From NCBI GenBank assembly GCA_002269645.1, contig NIVC01000088.1, positions 1 to 51,038 on the forward strand: 51,038 bases of DNA. Reading direction: 5' to 3'. This document shows, one piece after another, positions 32,101-46,300 of the stretch. A program made the translations under genes and the position numbers. Position 1 is the stretch's first letter. Every line of letters begins with the position of its first letter. Source of the stretch: Macrostomum lignano (Eukaryota). The notes under the pieces are model-generated. The model was not told the DNA's origin, made no database searches, and was given only the letters and a program-made list of their open reading frames with translations.

Positions 32101-32598
32101 ACCATGTTTTTAAAGTCATAAAAAATCATATGGCTCTCTAATGTCCTCTGTTGAGTTCCATTGTGACTTGACAGATTTGGTAGGGTAATACTAACTTGCT
32201 TTGGGTGTAGCTCTCGCTATATATAAGTTAAGAGCTACGCTCGTAAAAAAGTCCACAACTAATATGGCATGATATTCTACTTTACAGGTGCAAAGGTAAA
32301 TTTTGTCTATCACCTCTGCTAAGTACACCCAGAAACCTATTGCGCAGCCCTCGTATAACACTGTATCCTGTAGGATTTGATTGCTATTGAATCCAGGCCT
32401 CAACAACCTAGAGCTCAGTTGCGTCTTCACCTTTAGAAGGTGCAAAAAATGCTTTTCCATAGCATGCAACGGCAACGCTGTTTTTCATTTGGGGTTGCTT
32501 TGAATTGCTGCAGACATTTTTTTGACATCCAGCTTTTTCGTAGATTTTTGACGGCCAATTATTAACCTCTATTTGACTGCAGTTTTAGGCGCTTATAA

Positions 32599-32795
32599 CC
32601 GTTCCCGACGGATAGGCCGAAAACAGCCATAGACAGTTTTCAAATTTACGATCATAAATGTTGCTGCTACCACCGTTCCCGCCTAGATGAAGGAATGAAA
32701 TTCTATTGATTATAAATATGGTTATATATAGCAGTCAGTAGTCCTTATACATAATATTTATATGGCCGTTTTCGGCCTCTAGTCGTCGGGAACGG
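32599..32795. mobile_element. Small inverted-repeat element (MITE-like)
   Basis: CCGTTCCCGACG...AGGCCGAAAACAGCCATA versus TATGGCCGTTTTCGGCCT...CGTCGGGAACGG. Confidence 0.6.
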
Positions 32796-33671
32796 CTGTG
32801 GTAAAAATTCCAACAAATTTGGCCCATAGAGATTGATTTTATGCCGTCTAGCTTGGAGGTAGACAGAATGGACGAAAACGGCCATCCGTCTGCCTATGGT
32901 TAATTCGAAATACTCTATTTTTTATCTTGAACTTTGAAGGCTAGCTTTAGTGTTTTACTCCTCGAATTTACATATTCCTTCTCAGAGGACTGGTGTAGCA
33001 TGTGATGTAAGGTGCATCCTGTAGACGATGTATATATTTCATACATTACATGTGTAAGATAGTATAAATTAGTATTTTTAATTGCAAATAATTGCTACTG
33101 CCTAGTATTTGTAATTGTGTGCTGTTGCGAAGTACTGTACGTATATTCACATTAGAAATTCACAAGCAAAACTAAAATGACTTCTTATTGTTAAGATCGA
33201 GCAACTGTCGCGCCTCAAGGTTTATTTTTATGTTGCTCTGTAATTTCTTGCATTTTTAGTTGCTAATATTGCACCAATTTATTATTCTGCATTAGACAAG
33301 TGCATGCATACTTCATTGAGTAAAGTGATGTGGTAGCGAATTTTCTACCAGATTTAGGAGTTCCAAACCAGAATCAGCTGTAGGAAAGATAAAAAAGTAG
33401 GGCAGTAGCCGTACGGCCGTAGCCAAAGATGAAAAAAACAATTTTGCTGTACTTTTAAGTGAATTGTGCCTTAAAAAACTACCTGAAAGTTGTTGATCCA
33501 GCTGCATCTATGACCAGAAGCTGGAGATTGAGGGAGGTTATAGTAGAGCAAGATAGGAAGGAGACGATATGTATATTATTTAATAAGCATAATGGTGCTA
33601 TATTGAAAGAACATAAACAAGAGGCGCCTTTCTGTTTCTCTAGCAATATGAGCTAGCTTTATAGCTAACAA

Positions 33672-33981
33672 TGATAATAATAATAACAGTAATAGTAATT
33701 ATTCATTACACGGGTACCTGTCCCAATTGGGACAGATGTGCAACCGACAGCTCAGCCGCAGCGGTCGTTTAATCCAAGGACGCCACAAGAGGTCGCCACA
33801 CCCGCCCTCAATTACCCCAGCTAATGCTGGCACCCAATTTTACAGCTGCATGGGTGAACTGAAGCAATGCAGAGTTTAAGTGTCTTGCTCAAGCACACAA
33901 TTTTTCCAGTGGGATCGTGAATCGAACCCCGACCTTCCAAGTCATGAGTCCGACGCTCTAACCACAAGTATAGGCTACAAC
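33672..33981 (-). mobile_element. SINE family B, copy 2, with (TTA)n-like tail
   Basis: Matches 7125-7302; B box GGTTCGATTC; TTGAGCAAGACACTTAA core. Confidence 0.82.
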
Positions 33982-35197
33982 CTTAACTAACTACAAAGTA
34001 TTGCTACAAAGTAGGTTGTTAGCTAATAATGTATCATATCAATGGCTTAGAAATAACAACAAAACAGATACCGAAAACTTCTGACATGAAAAAAAAATAG
34101 TTCAGTATACAAACTGTGTATGCTCTAAGGAAGGAAATTTAGCTATAGCTAATAAAATTATGAAAGGTAGAATATTACCCAATCAACTTCGAATTCGACG
34201 AAGTGAGTGAAATTCGTCAATTAAGATAGGAAGGAAGAAGCGTGTCAATGACAAAAAGCTGAGCAAAGTGACTTCAAACTCGACGAAATAATCTTGAACT
34301 TTTGTCCCTACAGCCAGTTTGTAAACTTTTCCCCCTCTCGTCCATATGTTCTGCCACTTTCGCAATCCTTCTAAACATTTTACATTTACATTAACATTTA
34401 ATACTCATAGCTTTGAGCATGCCCACAGATAATAAATACCAGGTATTTAGTATCTGTGGAGCATGCCTGACGAGTTCGAAGTTGAAAAGGTATGCATAGT
34501 AGAACGTTGAATAGATTTTATATCAATTTCTATTGCTCTGCTCTGCAGAAGATGTTTTATCAAACTAGCTCGTATTTGTGATTGAGAAAGAAAACAGGAT
34601 TTGTGTTACAATAGTTTTTCTGACGATCGCAAGTTAGTAGAGTAGAGTATTTCAGGGAGAGTAAGCTCTTTTCCATACACCTGAGGTTCTTCCATAGACA
34701 ATTGTCCATAGACCACTGAAGTTAGTTGAGTGGTCTTACTACGAGCGTATTGCCAAAGTGCTGTTTATAAAGATTAGTGGGTTAGTGTTCGAATCAAAAC
34801 CGTCACTCAGAGCTTGGTGCTGTTGCCAACAGAATCTTCGGCCAGTCCAGCTTCGTTTTCTTTGCTCTCTTCCGTCCAACCGGCTGAGCCAGTCCTGAAA
34901 CAAACAGAAGAGATGCGTTTCCGCTAGTTAGCATTGTGCAAACCTCAATATTGGGTACTACATTGCTCCCTATAGTGTACCAGCTCATTTATTCGAGTAC
35001 TTGTTTTGGCAATCAGCGGGTGCTTCAAATTATCGTTTCAAGTTTGCATAAAACAGATGCACTAAAGCATTTAATGTGCCAATTACACTAATCTCCGACT
35101 CGGAGCTATTGAGACATTATTTACACAGTTGGTCATCAATCCATGTGAATCATCTCAGTCTCAGAGTGACTAGCTACTCGTATGCACTCGAGAGTTA

Positions 35198-38100
35198 GAT
35201 CGGGCACAGATCGTGGGTTACGTCGGTCGCAGATGGTGCGTTTGCTACATCGGGCACAGATCGTGAGTTTCATTGGTCGCAGATGATGTGTTAGCTACAT
35301 CGGGCACAGATCGTGAGAGTTTCATTGGTCGCAGATGATGTGTTAGCTACATCGGGCACAGATCGTGAGAGTTTTATTGGTCGCAGATGATGTGTTAGCT
35401 ACATTGGGCACAGATCGTGAGAGTTTCATTGGTCGCAGATGATGTGTTAGCTACATCGGGCACAGATCGTGAGTTTCATTGGTCGCAGATGATGTGTTAG
35501 CTACATCGGGCACAGATCGTGAGAGTTTCATTGGTCGCAGATGATGTGTTAGCTACATCGGGCACAGATCGTGAGAGTTTCATTGGTCGCAGATGATGTG
35601 TTAGCTACATCGGGCACAGATCGTGAGAGTTTCATTGGTCGCAGATGATGTGTTAGCTACATCGGGCACAGATCGTGAGAGTTTCATTGGTCGCAGATGA
35701 TGTGTTAGCTACATCGGGCACAGATCGTGAGTTTCATTTGTCGCAGATGATGTGTTAGCTACATCGGGCACAGATCGTGAGAGTTTCATTGGTCGCAGAT
35801 GATGTGTTAGCTACATCGGGCACAGATCGTGAGAGTTTCATTGGTCGCAGATGATGTGTTAGCTACATCGGGCACAGATCGTGAGAGTTTCATTGGTCGC
35901 AGATGATGTGTTAGCTACATCGGGCACAGATCGTGAGAGTTTCATTGGTCGCAGATGATGTGTTAGCTACATCGGGCACAGATCGTGAGAGTTTCATTGG
36001 TCGCAGATGATGTGTTAGCTACATCGGGCACAGATCGTGAGTTTCATTTGTCGCAGATGATGTGTTAGCTACATCGGGCACAGATCGTGAGTTTCATTTG
36101 TCGCAGATGATGTGTTAGCTACATCGGGCACAGATCGTGAGAGTTTCATTGGTCGCAGATGATGTGTTAGCTACATCGGGCACAGATCGTGAGAGTTTCA
36201 TTGGTCGCAGATGATGTGTTAGCTACATCGGGCACAGATCGTGAGAGTTTCATTGGTCGCAGATGATGTGTTAGCTACATCGGGCACAGATCGTGAGTTT
36301 CATTGGTCGCAGATGATGTGTTAGCTACATCGGGCACAGATCGTGAGTTTCATTTGTCGCAGATGATGTGTTAGCTACATCGGGCACAGATCGTGAGAGT
36401 TTCATTGGTCGCAGATGATGTGTTAGCTACATCGGGCACAGATCGTGAGTTTCATTGGTCGCAGATGATGTGTTAGCTACATCGGGCACAGATCGTGAGT
36501 TTCATTTGTCGCAGATGATGTGTTAGCTACATCGGGCACAGATCGTGAGAGTTTCATTGGTCGCAGATGATGTGTTAGCTACATCGGGCACAGATCGTGA
36601 GAGTTTCATTGGTCGCAGATGATGTGTTAGCTACATCGGGCACAGATCGTGAGTTTCATTGGTCGCAGATGATGTGTTAGCTACATCGGGCACAGATCGT
36701 GAGAGTTTCATTGGTCGCAGATGATGTGATAGCTACATCGGGCACAGATCGTGAGTTTCATTGGTCGCAGATGATGTGTTAGCTACATCGGGCACAGATC
36801 GTGAGTTTCATTGGTCGCAGATGATGTGTTAGCTACATCGGGCACAGATCGTGAGAGTTTCATTGGTCGCAGATGATGTGTTAGCTACATCGGGCACAGA
36901 TCGTGAGAGTTTCATTGGTCGCAGATGATGTGTTAGCTACATCGGGCACAGATCGTGAGAGTTTCATTGGTCGCAGATGATGTGTTAGCTACATCGGGCA
37001 CAGATCGTGAGTTTCATTTGTCGCAGATGATGTGTTAGCTACATCGGGCACAGATCGTGAGTTTCATTTGTCGCAGATGATGTGTTAGCTACATCGGGCA
37101 CAGATCGTGAGAGTTTCATTGGTCGCAGATGATGTGTTAGCTACATCGGGCACAGATCGTGAGAGTTTCATTGGTCGCAGATGATGTGTTAGCTACATCG
37201 GGCACAGATCGTGAGAGTTTCATTGGTCGCAGATGATGTGTTAGCTACATCGGGCACAGATCGTGAGTTTCATTGGTCGCAGATGATGTGTTAGCTACAT
37301 CGGGCACAGATCGTGAGAGTTTCATTGGTCGCAGATGATGTGTTAGCTACATCGGGCACAGATCGTGAGAGTTTCATTGGTCGCAGATGATGTGTTAGCT
37401 ACATCGGGCACAGATCGTGAGAGTTTCATTGGTCGCAGATGATGTGTTAGCTACATCGGGCACAGATCGTGAGAGTTTCATTGGTCGCAGATGATGTGTT
37501 AGCTACATCGGGCACAGATCGTGAGAGTTTCATTGGTCGCAGATGATGTGTTAGCTACATCGGGCACAGATCGTGAGAGTTTCATTGGTCGCAGATGATG
37601 TGTTAGCTACATCGGGCACAGATCGTGAGAGTTTCATTGGTCGCAGATGATGTGTTAGCTACATCGGGCACAGATCGTGAGAGTTTCATTGGTCGCAGAT
37701 GATGTGTTAGCTACATCGGGCACAGATCGTGAGTTTCATTTGTCGCAGATGATGTGTTAGCTACATCGGGCACAGATCGTGAGAGTTTCATTGGTCGCAG
37801 ATGATGTGTTAGCTACATCGGGCACAGATCGTGAGAGTTTCATTGGTCGCAGATGATGTGTTAGCTACATCGGGCACAGATCGTGAGAGTTTCATTGGTC
37901 GCAGATGATGTGTTAGCTACATCGGGCACAGATCGTGAGAGTTTCATTGGTCGCAGATGATGTGTTAGCTACATCGGGCACAGATCGTGAGTTTCATTGG
38001 TCGCAGATGATGTGTTAGCTACATCGGGCACAGATCGTGAGAGTTTCATTGGTCGCAGATGATGTGTTAGCTACATCGGGCACAGATCGTGAGAGTTTCA

Positions 38101-39975
38101 TTGGTCGCAGATGATGTGATAGCTACATCGGGCACAGATCGTGAGTTTCATTGGTCGCAGATGATGTGTTAGCTACATCGGGCACAGATCGTGAGAGTTT
38201 CATTGGTCGCAGATGATGTGTTAGCTACATCGGGCACAGATCGTGAGAGTTTCATTGGTCGCAGATGATGTGTTAGCTACATCGGGCACAGATCGTGAGA
38301 GTTTCATTGGTCGCAGATGATGTGTTAGCTACATCGGGCACAGATCGTGAGAGTTTCATTGGTCGCAGATGATGTGTTAGCTACATCGGGCACAGATCGT
38401 GAGAGTTTCATTGGTCGCAGATGATGTGTTAGCTACATCGGGCACAGATCGTGAGAGTTTCATTGGTCGCAGATGATGTGTTAGCTACATCGGGCACAGA
38501 TCGTGAGAGTTTCATTGGTCGCAGATGATGTGTTAGCTACATCGGGCACAGATCGTGAGTTTCATTGGTCGCAGATGATGTGTTAGCTACATCGGGCACA
38601 GATCGTGAGAGTTTCATTGGTCGCAGATGATGTGTTAGCTACATCGGGCACAGATCGTGAGAGTTTTATTGGTCGCAGATGATGTGTTAGCTACATCGGG
38701 CACAGATCGTGAGAGTTTCATTGGTCGCAGATGATGTGTTAGCTACATCGGGCACAGATCGTGAGAGTTTCATTGGTCGCAGATGATGTGTTAGCTACAT
38801 CGGGCACAGATCGTGAGAGTTTCATTGGTCGCAGATGATGTGTTAGCTACATCGGGCACAGATCGTGAGAGTTTCATTGGTCGCAGATGATGTGTTAGCT
38901 ACATCGGGCACAGATCGTGAGAGTTTCATTGGTCGCAGATGATGTGTTAGCTACATCGGGCACAGATCGTGAGAGTTTCATTGGTCGCAGATGATGTGTT
39001 AGCTACATCGGGCACAGATCGTGAGAGTTTCATTGGTCGCAGATGATGTGTTAGCTACATCGGGCACAGATCGTGAGTTTCATTTGTCGCAGATGATGTG
39101 TTAGCTACATCGGGCACAGATCGTGAGTTTCATTTGTCGCAGATGATGTGTTAGCTACATCGGGCACAGATCGTGAGAGTTTCATTGGTCGCAGATGATG
39201 TGTTAGCTACATCGGGCACAGATCGTGAGAGTTTCATTGGTCGCAGATGATGTGTTAGCTACATCGGGCACAGATCGTGAGAGTTTCATTGGTCGCAGAT
39301 GATGTGTTAGCTACATCGGGCACAGATCGTGAGTTTCATTGGTCGCAGATGATGTGTTAGCTACATCGGGCACAGATCGTGAGAGTTTCATTGGTCGCAG
39401 ATGATGTGTTAGCTACATCGGGCACAGATCGTGAGAGTTTCATTGGTCGCAGATGATGTGTTAGCTACATCGGGCACAGATCGTGAGAGTTTCATTGGTC
39501 GCAGATGATGTGTTAGCTACATCGGGCACAGATCGTGAGAGTTTCATTGGTCGCAGATGATGTGTTAGCTACATCGGGCACAGATCGTGAGAGTTTCATT
39601 GGTCGCAGATGATGTGTTAGCTACATCGGGCACAGATCGTGAGAGTTTCATTGGTCGCAGATGATGTGTTAGCTACATCGGGCACAGATCGTGAGAGTTT
39701 CATTGGTCGCAGATGATGTGTTAGCTACATCGGGCACAGATCGTGAGAGTTTCATTGGTCGCAGATGATGTGTTAGCTACATCGGGCACAGATCGTGAGA
39801 GTTTCATTGGTCGCAGATGATGTGTTAGCTACATCGGGCACAGATCGTGAGAGTTTCATTGGTCGCAGATGATGTGTTAGCTACATCGGGCACAGATCGT
39901 GAGAGTTTCATTGGTCGCAGATGATGTGTTAGCTACATCGGGCACAGATCGTAAGTTTCATTAGTCGCAGATTGT
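35198..39975. repeat. 50/52-bp satellite array, about 90 copies
   Basis: Unit GCTACATCGGGCACAGATCGTGA(GA)GTTTCATTGGTCGCAGATGATGTGTTA. Confidence 0.98.
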
Positions 39976-40161
39976 GCTACAGCGGATATAGAGTGTCACT
40001 TTTTCTTCAAATGAGACGTTTCTGGTGCCGAAATTCATTAACTATGCCCACTTTGGGACTTAGAGTTCAAGATAAATACACAAGTCAAAGATTACTTCAA
40101 ATCCTAACTTCTTTCTGTCTAGAGAAGTTGAATGTTTTTGCTTAATTTTGAAGCACCCGCT

Positions 40162-40368
40162 TTAACCAATTTTTCTAAAAACAGTATTCGACGGTTTCTC
40201 TTTGCAAATTGGGCGGCACCTGATGGAGATCATTTGCTCCAGCGAATCTGGCAGCTTTCTGTTCCCAGTCTCTGGCACGAACATCGCCAGCAAGACGGCC
40301 GCTACAGAGATTGAGACGAAAATGGAATACGCCAGCACCGTGCCAGCCTTGCCAGGGACAAAGTTTTG
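40162..40368 (-). CDS. SLC22 exon 8 (probable terminal exon)
   Basis: TTTTAG|QNFVPG...FVPETGNRKLPDSLE...IG*. An internal donor and a further exon cannot be excluded. Confidence 0.75.
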   Translation of the reverse strand, partial: QNFVPGKAGTVLAYSIFVSISVAAVLLAMFVPETGNRKLPDSLEQMISIRCRPICKEKPSNTVFRKIG

Positions 40369-43300
40369 CTAAAACGTGATGCGAAACGAGTGAACGAGTG
40401 GCGGCCACGGCGAGTATTTTTAAATAGCGAAGAAAGCAATGGCAAGGTCAGGCGGAAAACGTGGGACGCATGTACATGTAGAAGAGTCGGGGGTAATTTG
40501 GGCAGTAGCTATACTTACAATATCAGCAAGGGCCGGAGCGAACAGTGTGCCAATTCTGGCGCACATTGAGCTTGTTGAGACGCCAATATTTCGAATGCTT
40601 GTCGGGTAGAGCTCAGCCGTCCACAGGTAAATTACACCAAAGGCTGTGGTGTTGAACAGCTTGCCAAGCATTGATAGGGTGATGATCAACCAGGAGAGAT
40701 CTGTATTAGTTAATGAGCAGGTATAAAAAGCCTATAATACAATTTGTACTACACTGTACCATGCAAAATAATGGAACTTTTGAATAGGATAGTGTAAATG
40801 GAGACTGCACCGTAAGAAACAACTGAAGTAAGAAAGCCTAACTTAGAACACTACTGGGATTAAATGTACACCATTTTGCAAGCGTCGACAGGCGCCCAAA
40901 CTCCCTCATTCGGCCGGCCCGGAAACGCTTTCCAAGCTCCGCGGCTCTTCAGCCTGTGGGCAAAAAGGAACTCCGGACGGGAGGCAACGGAGAAGCGAGC
41001 CCGAATAAGCGCAAATGGCTGATTTGAGACTTACCGGGAGCCAGTAGTACTACAAGCAACAGTCCGAAAAGTGACACGGCCGACAAGCTGTTGAAGGCGA
41101 CGCAGACAACTTTGCGGCCTAGTCGGTTGACGGTAGCATGGCCGAGGATATAGGCCGGGAATTCCACCATAGCGGTCAGCAGAGAGGTGAGAAAAATGCT
41201 GCCAGGCAGGGTGCCGGAGCCCATTATGAGACCGTAGTAAACCAGGGCTATGGAGAACCTGAGGGGGCGGCGGATTGGATGACAAACAATAATATGAAGC
41301 GGTGAAGTTCACTTCTAGCTCGAAATTAGAAGTGTTTCATAGAACAATCCTACAATCATAGAACAGTCCTGCAATCATAGAACAATCCGGCGGCTCTTAG
41401 AAGCCTCTGATTTACTTTTAGGAAGAATTTCTCTTCAATAGATTTCACAGCATTGAATACTTTCTACACCGCAGGTGGGCTAATAACAACCTAAAGACCG
41501 CTGAGCTCACCAGTTAAAGCAGATGATGCAGTACTCAGCCAGCAGCCTAGGAGCCTGGCAGATCAGCTGGCGAGCCGCTACGGCAGCAGCTCGGAAGCGA
41601 TGTCGCCACCTGGGCTCCGATCGCTGGCCACTGCCGTCGTCAACGCGAACCGCAGCACAATCCGTCGACGCTTCCGTTAACGAGGGCGTCACCTTCTCGG
41701 TGCTTCTGCCGCCACCGCCGCCATTGTCGGGACCGTCTCCTTCTAGCACGGAGTCGAGCTCGCGACCAATGTCAACAGTAGCCCGATTGAGCCGGGCCAT
41801 CCGCCTGATGACGTCGCGGGCTTCGTTGACGCGGCCTTTGTGCAACAGCCAGCGCGGCGACTCCGGCACAACGGCCGGCGGCAGGGAGGCCACCAGCACC
41901 AGCAGCACAGGAGCGGAGAGGACCAACTGCAGGTGACGCCAGTCGCTGTACAAAAAACATTACAGCAGACTTGTTTGAGTTAGTAGTGTGAATCTGAACA
42001 CCCATAATAAAACATAATAATGACTTGAAACGCGCTGCCAGCATTCTTGGTTTCCTGCACTACAGTCTAAACCAACTGTGAAGACAATAACAGAAAAAAG
42101 CACAATAAAAGGAAAAGCCCAACTCCTTCAGTAAAGAATGAGCTCTGTCATTTTGACGCTTTATCTCAAAAATATAAAATTTGATTGCATCAATCTTGTA
42201 GTCATGGTGTTGGATATACATGTAGGGCAGCAGAGTGGCTCAATCGTCAACGCACCTCTGACTCCCTTTTCAAGATACAGAGGTACCCGAGACACGTTAA
42301 TTAGGGCTCGTGCATTAAAGTCGTGTCATTCTCGCCATTGAGGGTCAACCACAGTGAGTGCATGCGCGGGTACGTATCCGTGTGTGCTCAGGGGTCAGCG
42401 GAATGGGCCTGACTGCTGGCCTCCTCGCCTTCTCTGCTTTGCGGCAGAGCTCGCTGCCCCGCATAGTCCAACGTGATCTAAGCAGCCCAACTCACTGAAT
42501 CAGATAAGCCAGGCCGGCCACCGCGCACGAGCCCAGCGTCCAAAAGTACTCAATCGCCATGCCGGTGTGGAAGCGAGCCTCCGGGCCCACAATCTCCGTG
42601 CCGATGACGAAGCTAACAGTGAACGCTCCCATCGCGCCGAAGCCGATGAAGAACCTGGTCAAGGCCATGGCAACTGGCGACTGGCAGAATGCGGAGCCCA
42701 GCGCGGCTGAGCCGTACAGGCAGAGGCAGGCGATGAGGCAGCGGCGCCGGCCCAGCCTATCAAAAGCGAGCGTCGTTAAGAGCGCTTAAGACAAATTGTA
42801 TTGCGTACTGGATACACTAATTAATGATTGCGTGCCATTACAAACGGGTTATAATTTTTCTCTAGAGACGTGAATGAGTTAATTTAACGAGTTGTGCTCT
42901 GCATCTTTGTCCTTATAAATTATTATTTATATTATTCATGCAAAATAATAAGCTCCTGAATTCCTATGTGAATGCGTTTTGAGATTACTATAAAACTGAG
43001 TAAAACTGGTTTAATACAAGCACGAGCAAGTACGAGCCTGGACATTTTTGGACAAGTCAACCAAACTTAACTAATAAGTTTCTGGTCGCTGAAACGTAAT
43101 GTACTCCCGTGAATACTACTCAATAACGTGTAATGAAGTAGAAGGACGTTACACTCCGCAACTCGTTCGAATTACAATAGAGGGGGGTTTTGCTGTAAAA
43201 TTCTTTGGCGAGATAGGAAGTTCTCAGTTGTTTAGCATTCATAAACTGACTATAACTCTCCTGGACTGCTCAAGTAGAAGAATGGGAAACTATACGCTTC

Positions 43301-46300
43301 TTGGAACAATTTTTAGGACGCAGGTTCTACCGTAAAAAAAGTACAAACATTACGGAGATATGAAGTTTTAATTTTTTCTCCTATCAAAAGATAAAAATTG
43401 GGTCTGCCTTTTATCAAAAGCAACGACAATTTTTGTACTGAAGAAATGAAATTCTCCATTCTCCGTAATGTTTAGAACCACTTCCGAAGCAAGCAGACAC
43501 TTGCTTCATTTTTCAAACCGGAAGTCCTGAAGGGAAGATATTGCGAATTTAGCGCTAAACAACAGTGAACTCCCTATCTCACTAGAGAATTTAGCAGCGA
43601 CAACCGGCCTTTGCACCGCAACTTTTACGAACTGCGAGTGTGACGTCATTCTAATTAGCTTACACTCAGTTATCTACATGTTGAGCTCCCCAAAACTACT
43701 TCGCACTACAGCAGCTCACAAGTCGGATAAGAATCCGGTCACAAAGACTCCGACCATGAACCCGGCGAAGGTGCAGGTCTTGATCCACGTGCCGACCAGA
43801 GCGTTTTTGCAGACCAGATTGAACTGGAATTTTTTTCGTTTTTAAATGCGCGCAAATGCTAGGGTTAAAGGAGAAGAAGATCTCGCTGCGAGGATCGGGG
43901 CTGGGAGTTTCGAGAAGGAGCGAATTACGCTAGATAGTACTCATAGTAGGCACCGTGGTGATTTTGCTGCTGAAGAATTAATTGAGCTCAATCAAGTGTC
44001 AGAAAATATATTCGAATGAGAGCTGTGGGCACCTGGCACGACGCTTTCAGCGACAACGTCCCACAGCCGGTGCTGAGTCAATTCTACCAATTCTGCTGAC
44101 TCCTGAACACATACAAGCGCGTAGATACTGTAGGCAGCCACACAATCGTACACACGCTCACACAGGGTGTACAGCAGCCCTGACTTTCTAATTGTCAGAC
44201 ATGTACACTCTCTGTGCCTTGGGGAGCTGGCCCTCGTGGCTGTGATTCGCACGTCAACCCCACCTGCCAATTTTGTGCACACACGCTCCAAAATGAATGT
44301 GGCTATGCGGGGAATCGAACCAGGGGTCGCGGCGCGAGTGTCAGACACGCGTTTACCCTCATAGGCAGAGGGGGGTGCACACCCTTATCTCATAACCTTG
44401 GACTCAAATTCTGTTCCTACATAATCTTCTCGAAAGCTAAAAATTAAAAGTTCTAACGTCAGTGTTTACTTTTAGACCTTTAGACAAGACACTACTATTA
44501 AAATCTTGGGGAAAATACTATTGCGAGCGTACAAAACCTCCGACACTACTTTAAGAGCCTCGGATACCACTAGTAACTCATCGGACACCGCTATTAACGC
44601 CCACCGACATCACTGTTCGAACATCAGACATAAATTTAGGCCCGTATAAAGCCCTTCAGTATGAATGGTGAAAAGTTATGCAGCTTCGGCATGTAGATGT
44701 AAATAGGCTTCACACAGTGTGTGATCGAACGCTTTTCAGGTCAATAGCACAGATAGCAATAAAATAACTATATGGGCCACTCAGGCATATACTTTGTAAA
44801 ACAGCTTCTACTTTCAGTTCAGTGGCAAAGAAGAATACATAAGCTATTTTATAAAAATAAAGCCAGCTGAAATGACTTTGATAAGTTTAGAAAGAAGCCC
44901 AAGGTTGCAGGCGTAAACAAGTTGCTAATTAGTTCAGCAATAATGTACATTAGCCAGTCCACTGAAATGTACATGACAGCTTTAGGCTGGATTTCGAGAA
45001 AGGCAATAAAATATTAGGGGGCGGAGGGGTAGTGTGGAAAGGCGCGGTTGGAGGGTGTAAGGGGGGGAAGAGCCAATAAATAAGCCTTGGCTTAAAAAAT
45101 ACATTAAAATGCTTCTGTTTAACTTACTACTGAACTGAAAGTAGCTTACACGCAAATGTGCTGAGTGGCCCATTCAGTTATTTTTGTATCTGTAGTCAAT
45201 AGCTAGCTGTCCTGCTGATCGAGCGAAATATTAAAAGGCTCTACGTACGTAAAAAACGAATTGCTATCAAATGCTAGATCCGATACATATACCAACTGAC
45301 TTTGGGAAGCAAGGGTTTGTGGTATGGAGGCCCATTGCTAGCTAAATACAAGCTTATGATTAGGTATTTCAAAACAATCAGTACCTCAGTGACGAAGGTA
45401 CTGGCGAACTCGGTCTGGTCGTAAATCCATTCGTGACAGGCTGGTCCAGTCTCGTTGCCATAGCTACACTTGCCGATTGACTCGAGATTCTGGGCTACCG
45501 ACTCATTCAAAGTGGAGCGATTGGAACCGATGCCCGACTGCGGGCGGCATCTGAAACCCAGTTTTTTTAGGTGCTTGACTTTACAAATAAATTTAACTAA
45601 CAATAGCCTCAAATGGTACTGTTTAGTAGCACGTCAGAAATTTAATATCTAAAATTTAAGGCGGTGTTGCTGAGACGCCAAGTCTCGATTGGGGGAATGC
45701 TGAAAAACTACGGCTTCAGTTTAGGATAGCTGGCTAACTACCAAGGCTAATATAAAAATAGGGTATTGTTGATTGCTAAAGCCCTCCTGGCATTTTTAGG
45801 GATTTTAGGGGTTTTTGTGTGCTAATATTGCTTTTGTCGGCAAATTGCTAGTTGTTTGAGCAAACTGTTGTTCAATAGTCAGTTTTGAGTGCTTAAATGG
45901 ATGTTTAAGAATGATTTCAGTGCTGGCGTCCTTTTTAGTGCCGATGTCTATGGCCGAATTATCAACTTGGTTGTCTATGTCTATGGGCAAGACCAAATCT
46001 ACTGCTGCCAATTTCAACTTGGAATTCTCTCAACTTGGTTGTCTATGTCTATGGGCAAGACCAAATCTACTGCTGCCAATTTCAACTTGGAATTCTCTCA
46101 ACTTGGTTGTCTATGTCTATGGGCAAGACCAAATCTACTGCTGCCAATTTCAACTTGGAATTCTCTCAACTTGGTTGTCTATGTCTATGGGCAAGACCAA
46201 ATCTACTGCTGTCAATTTCAACTTGGAATTCTCTCAACTTGGTTGTCTATGTCTATGGGCAAGACCAAATCTACTGCTGCCAATTTCAACTTGGAATTCT

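Noticed and set aside
16196-39975. CRISPR-like arrays
   Set aside because: Units are head-to-tail without unique spacers; eukaryotic context; no cas genes.
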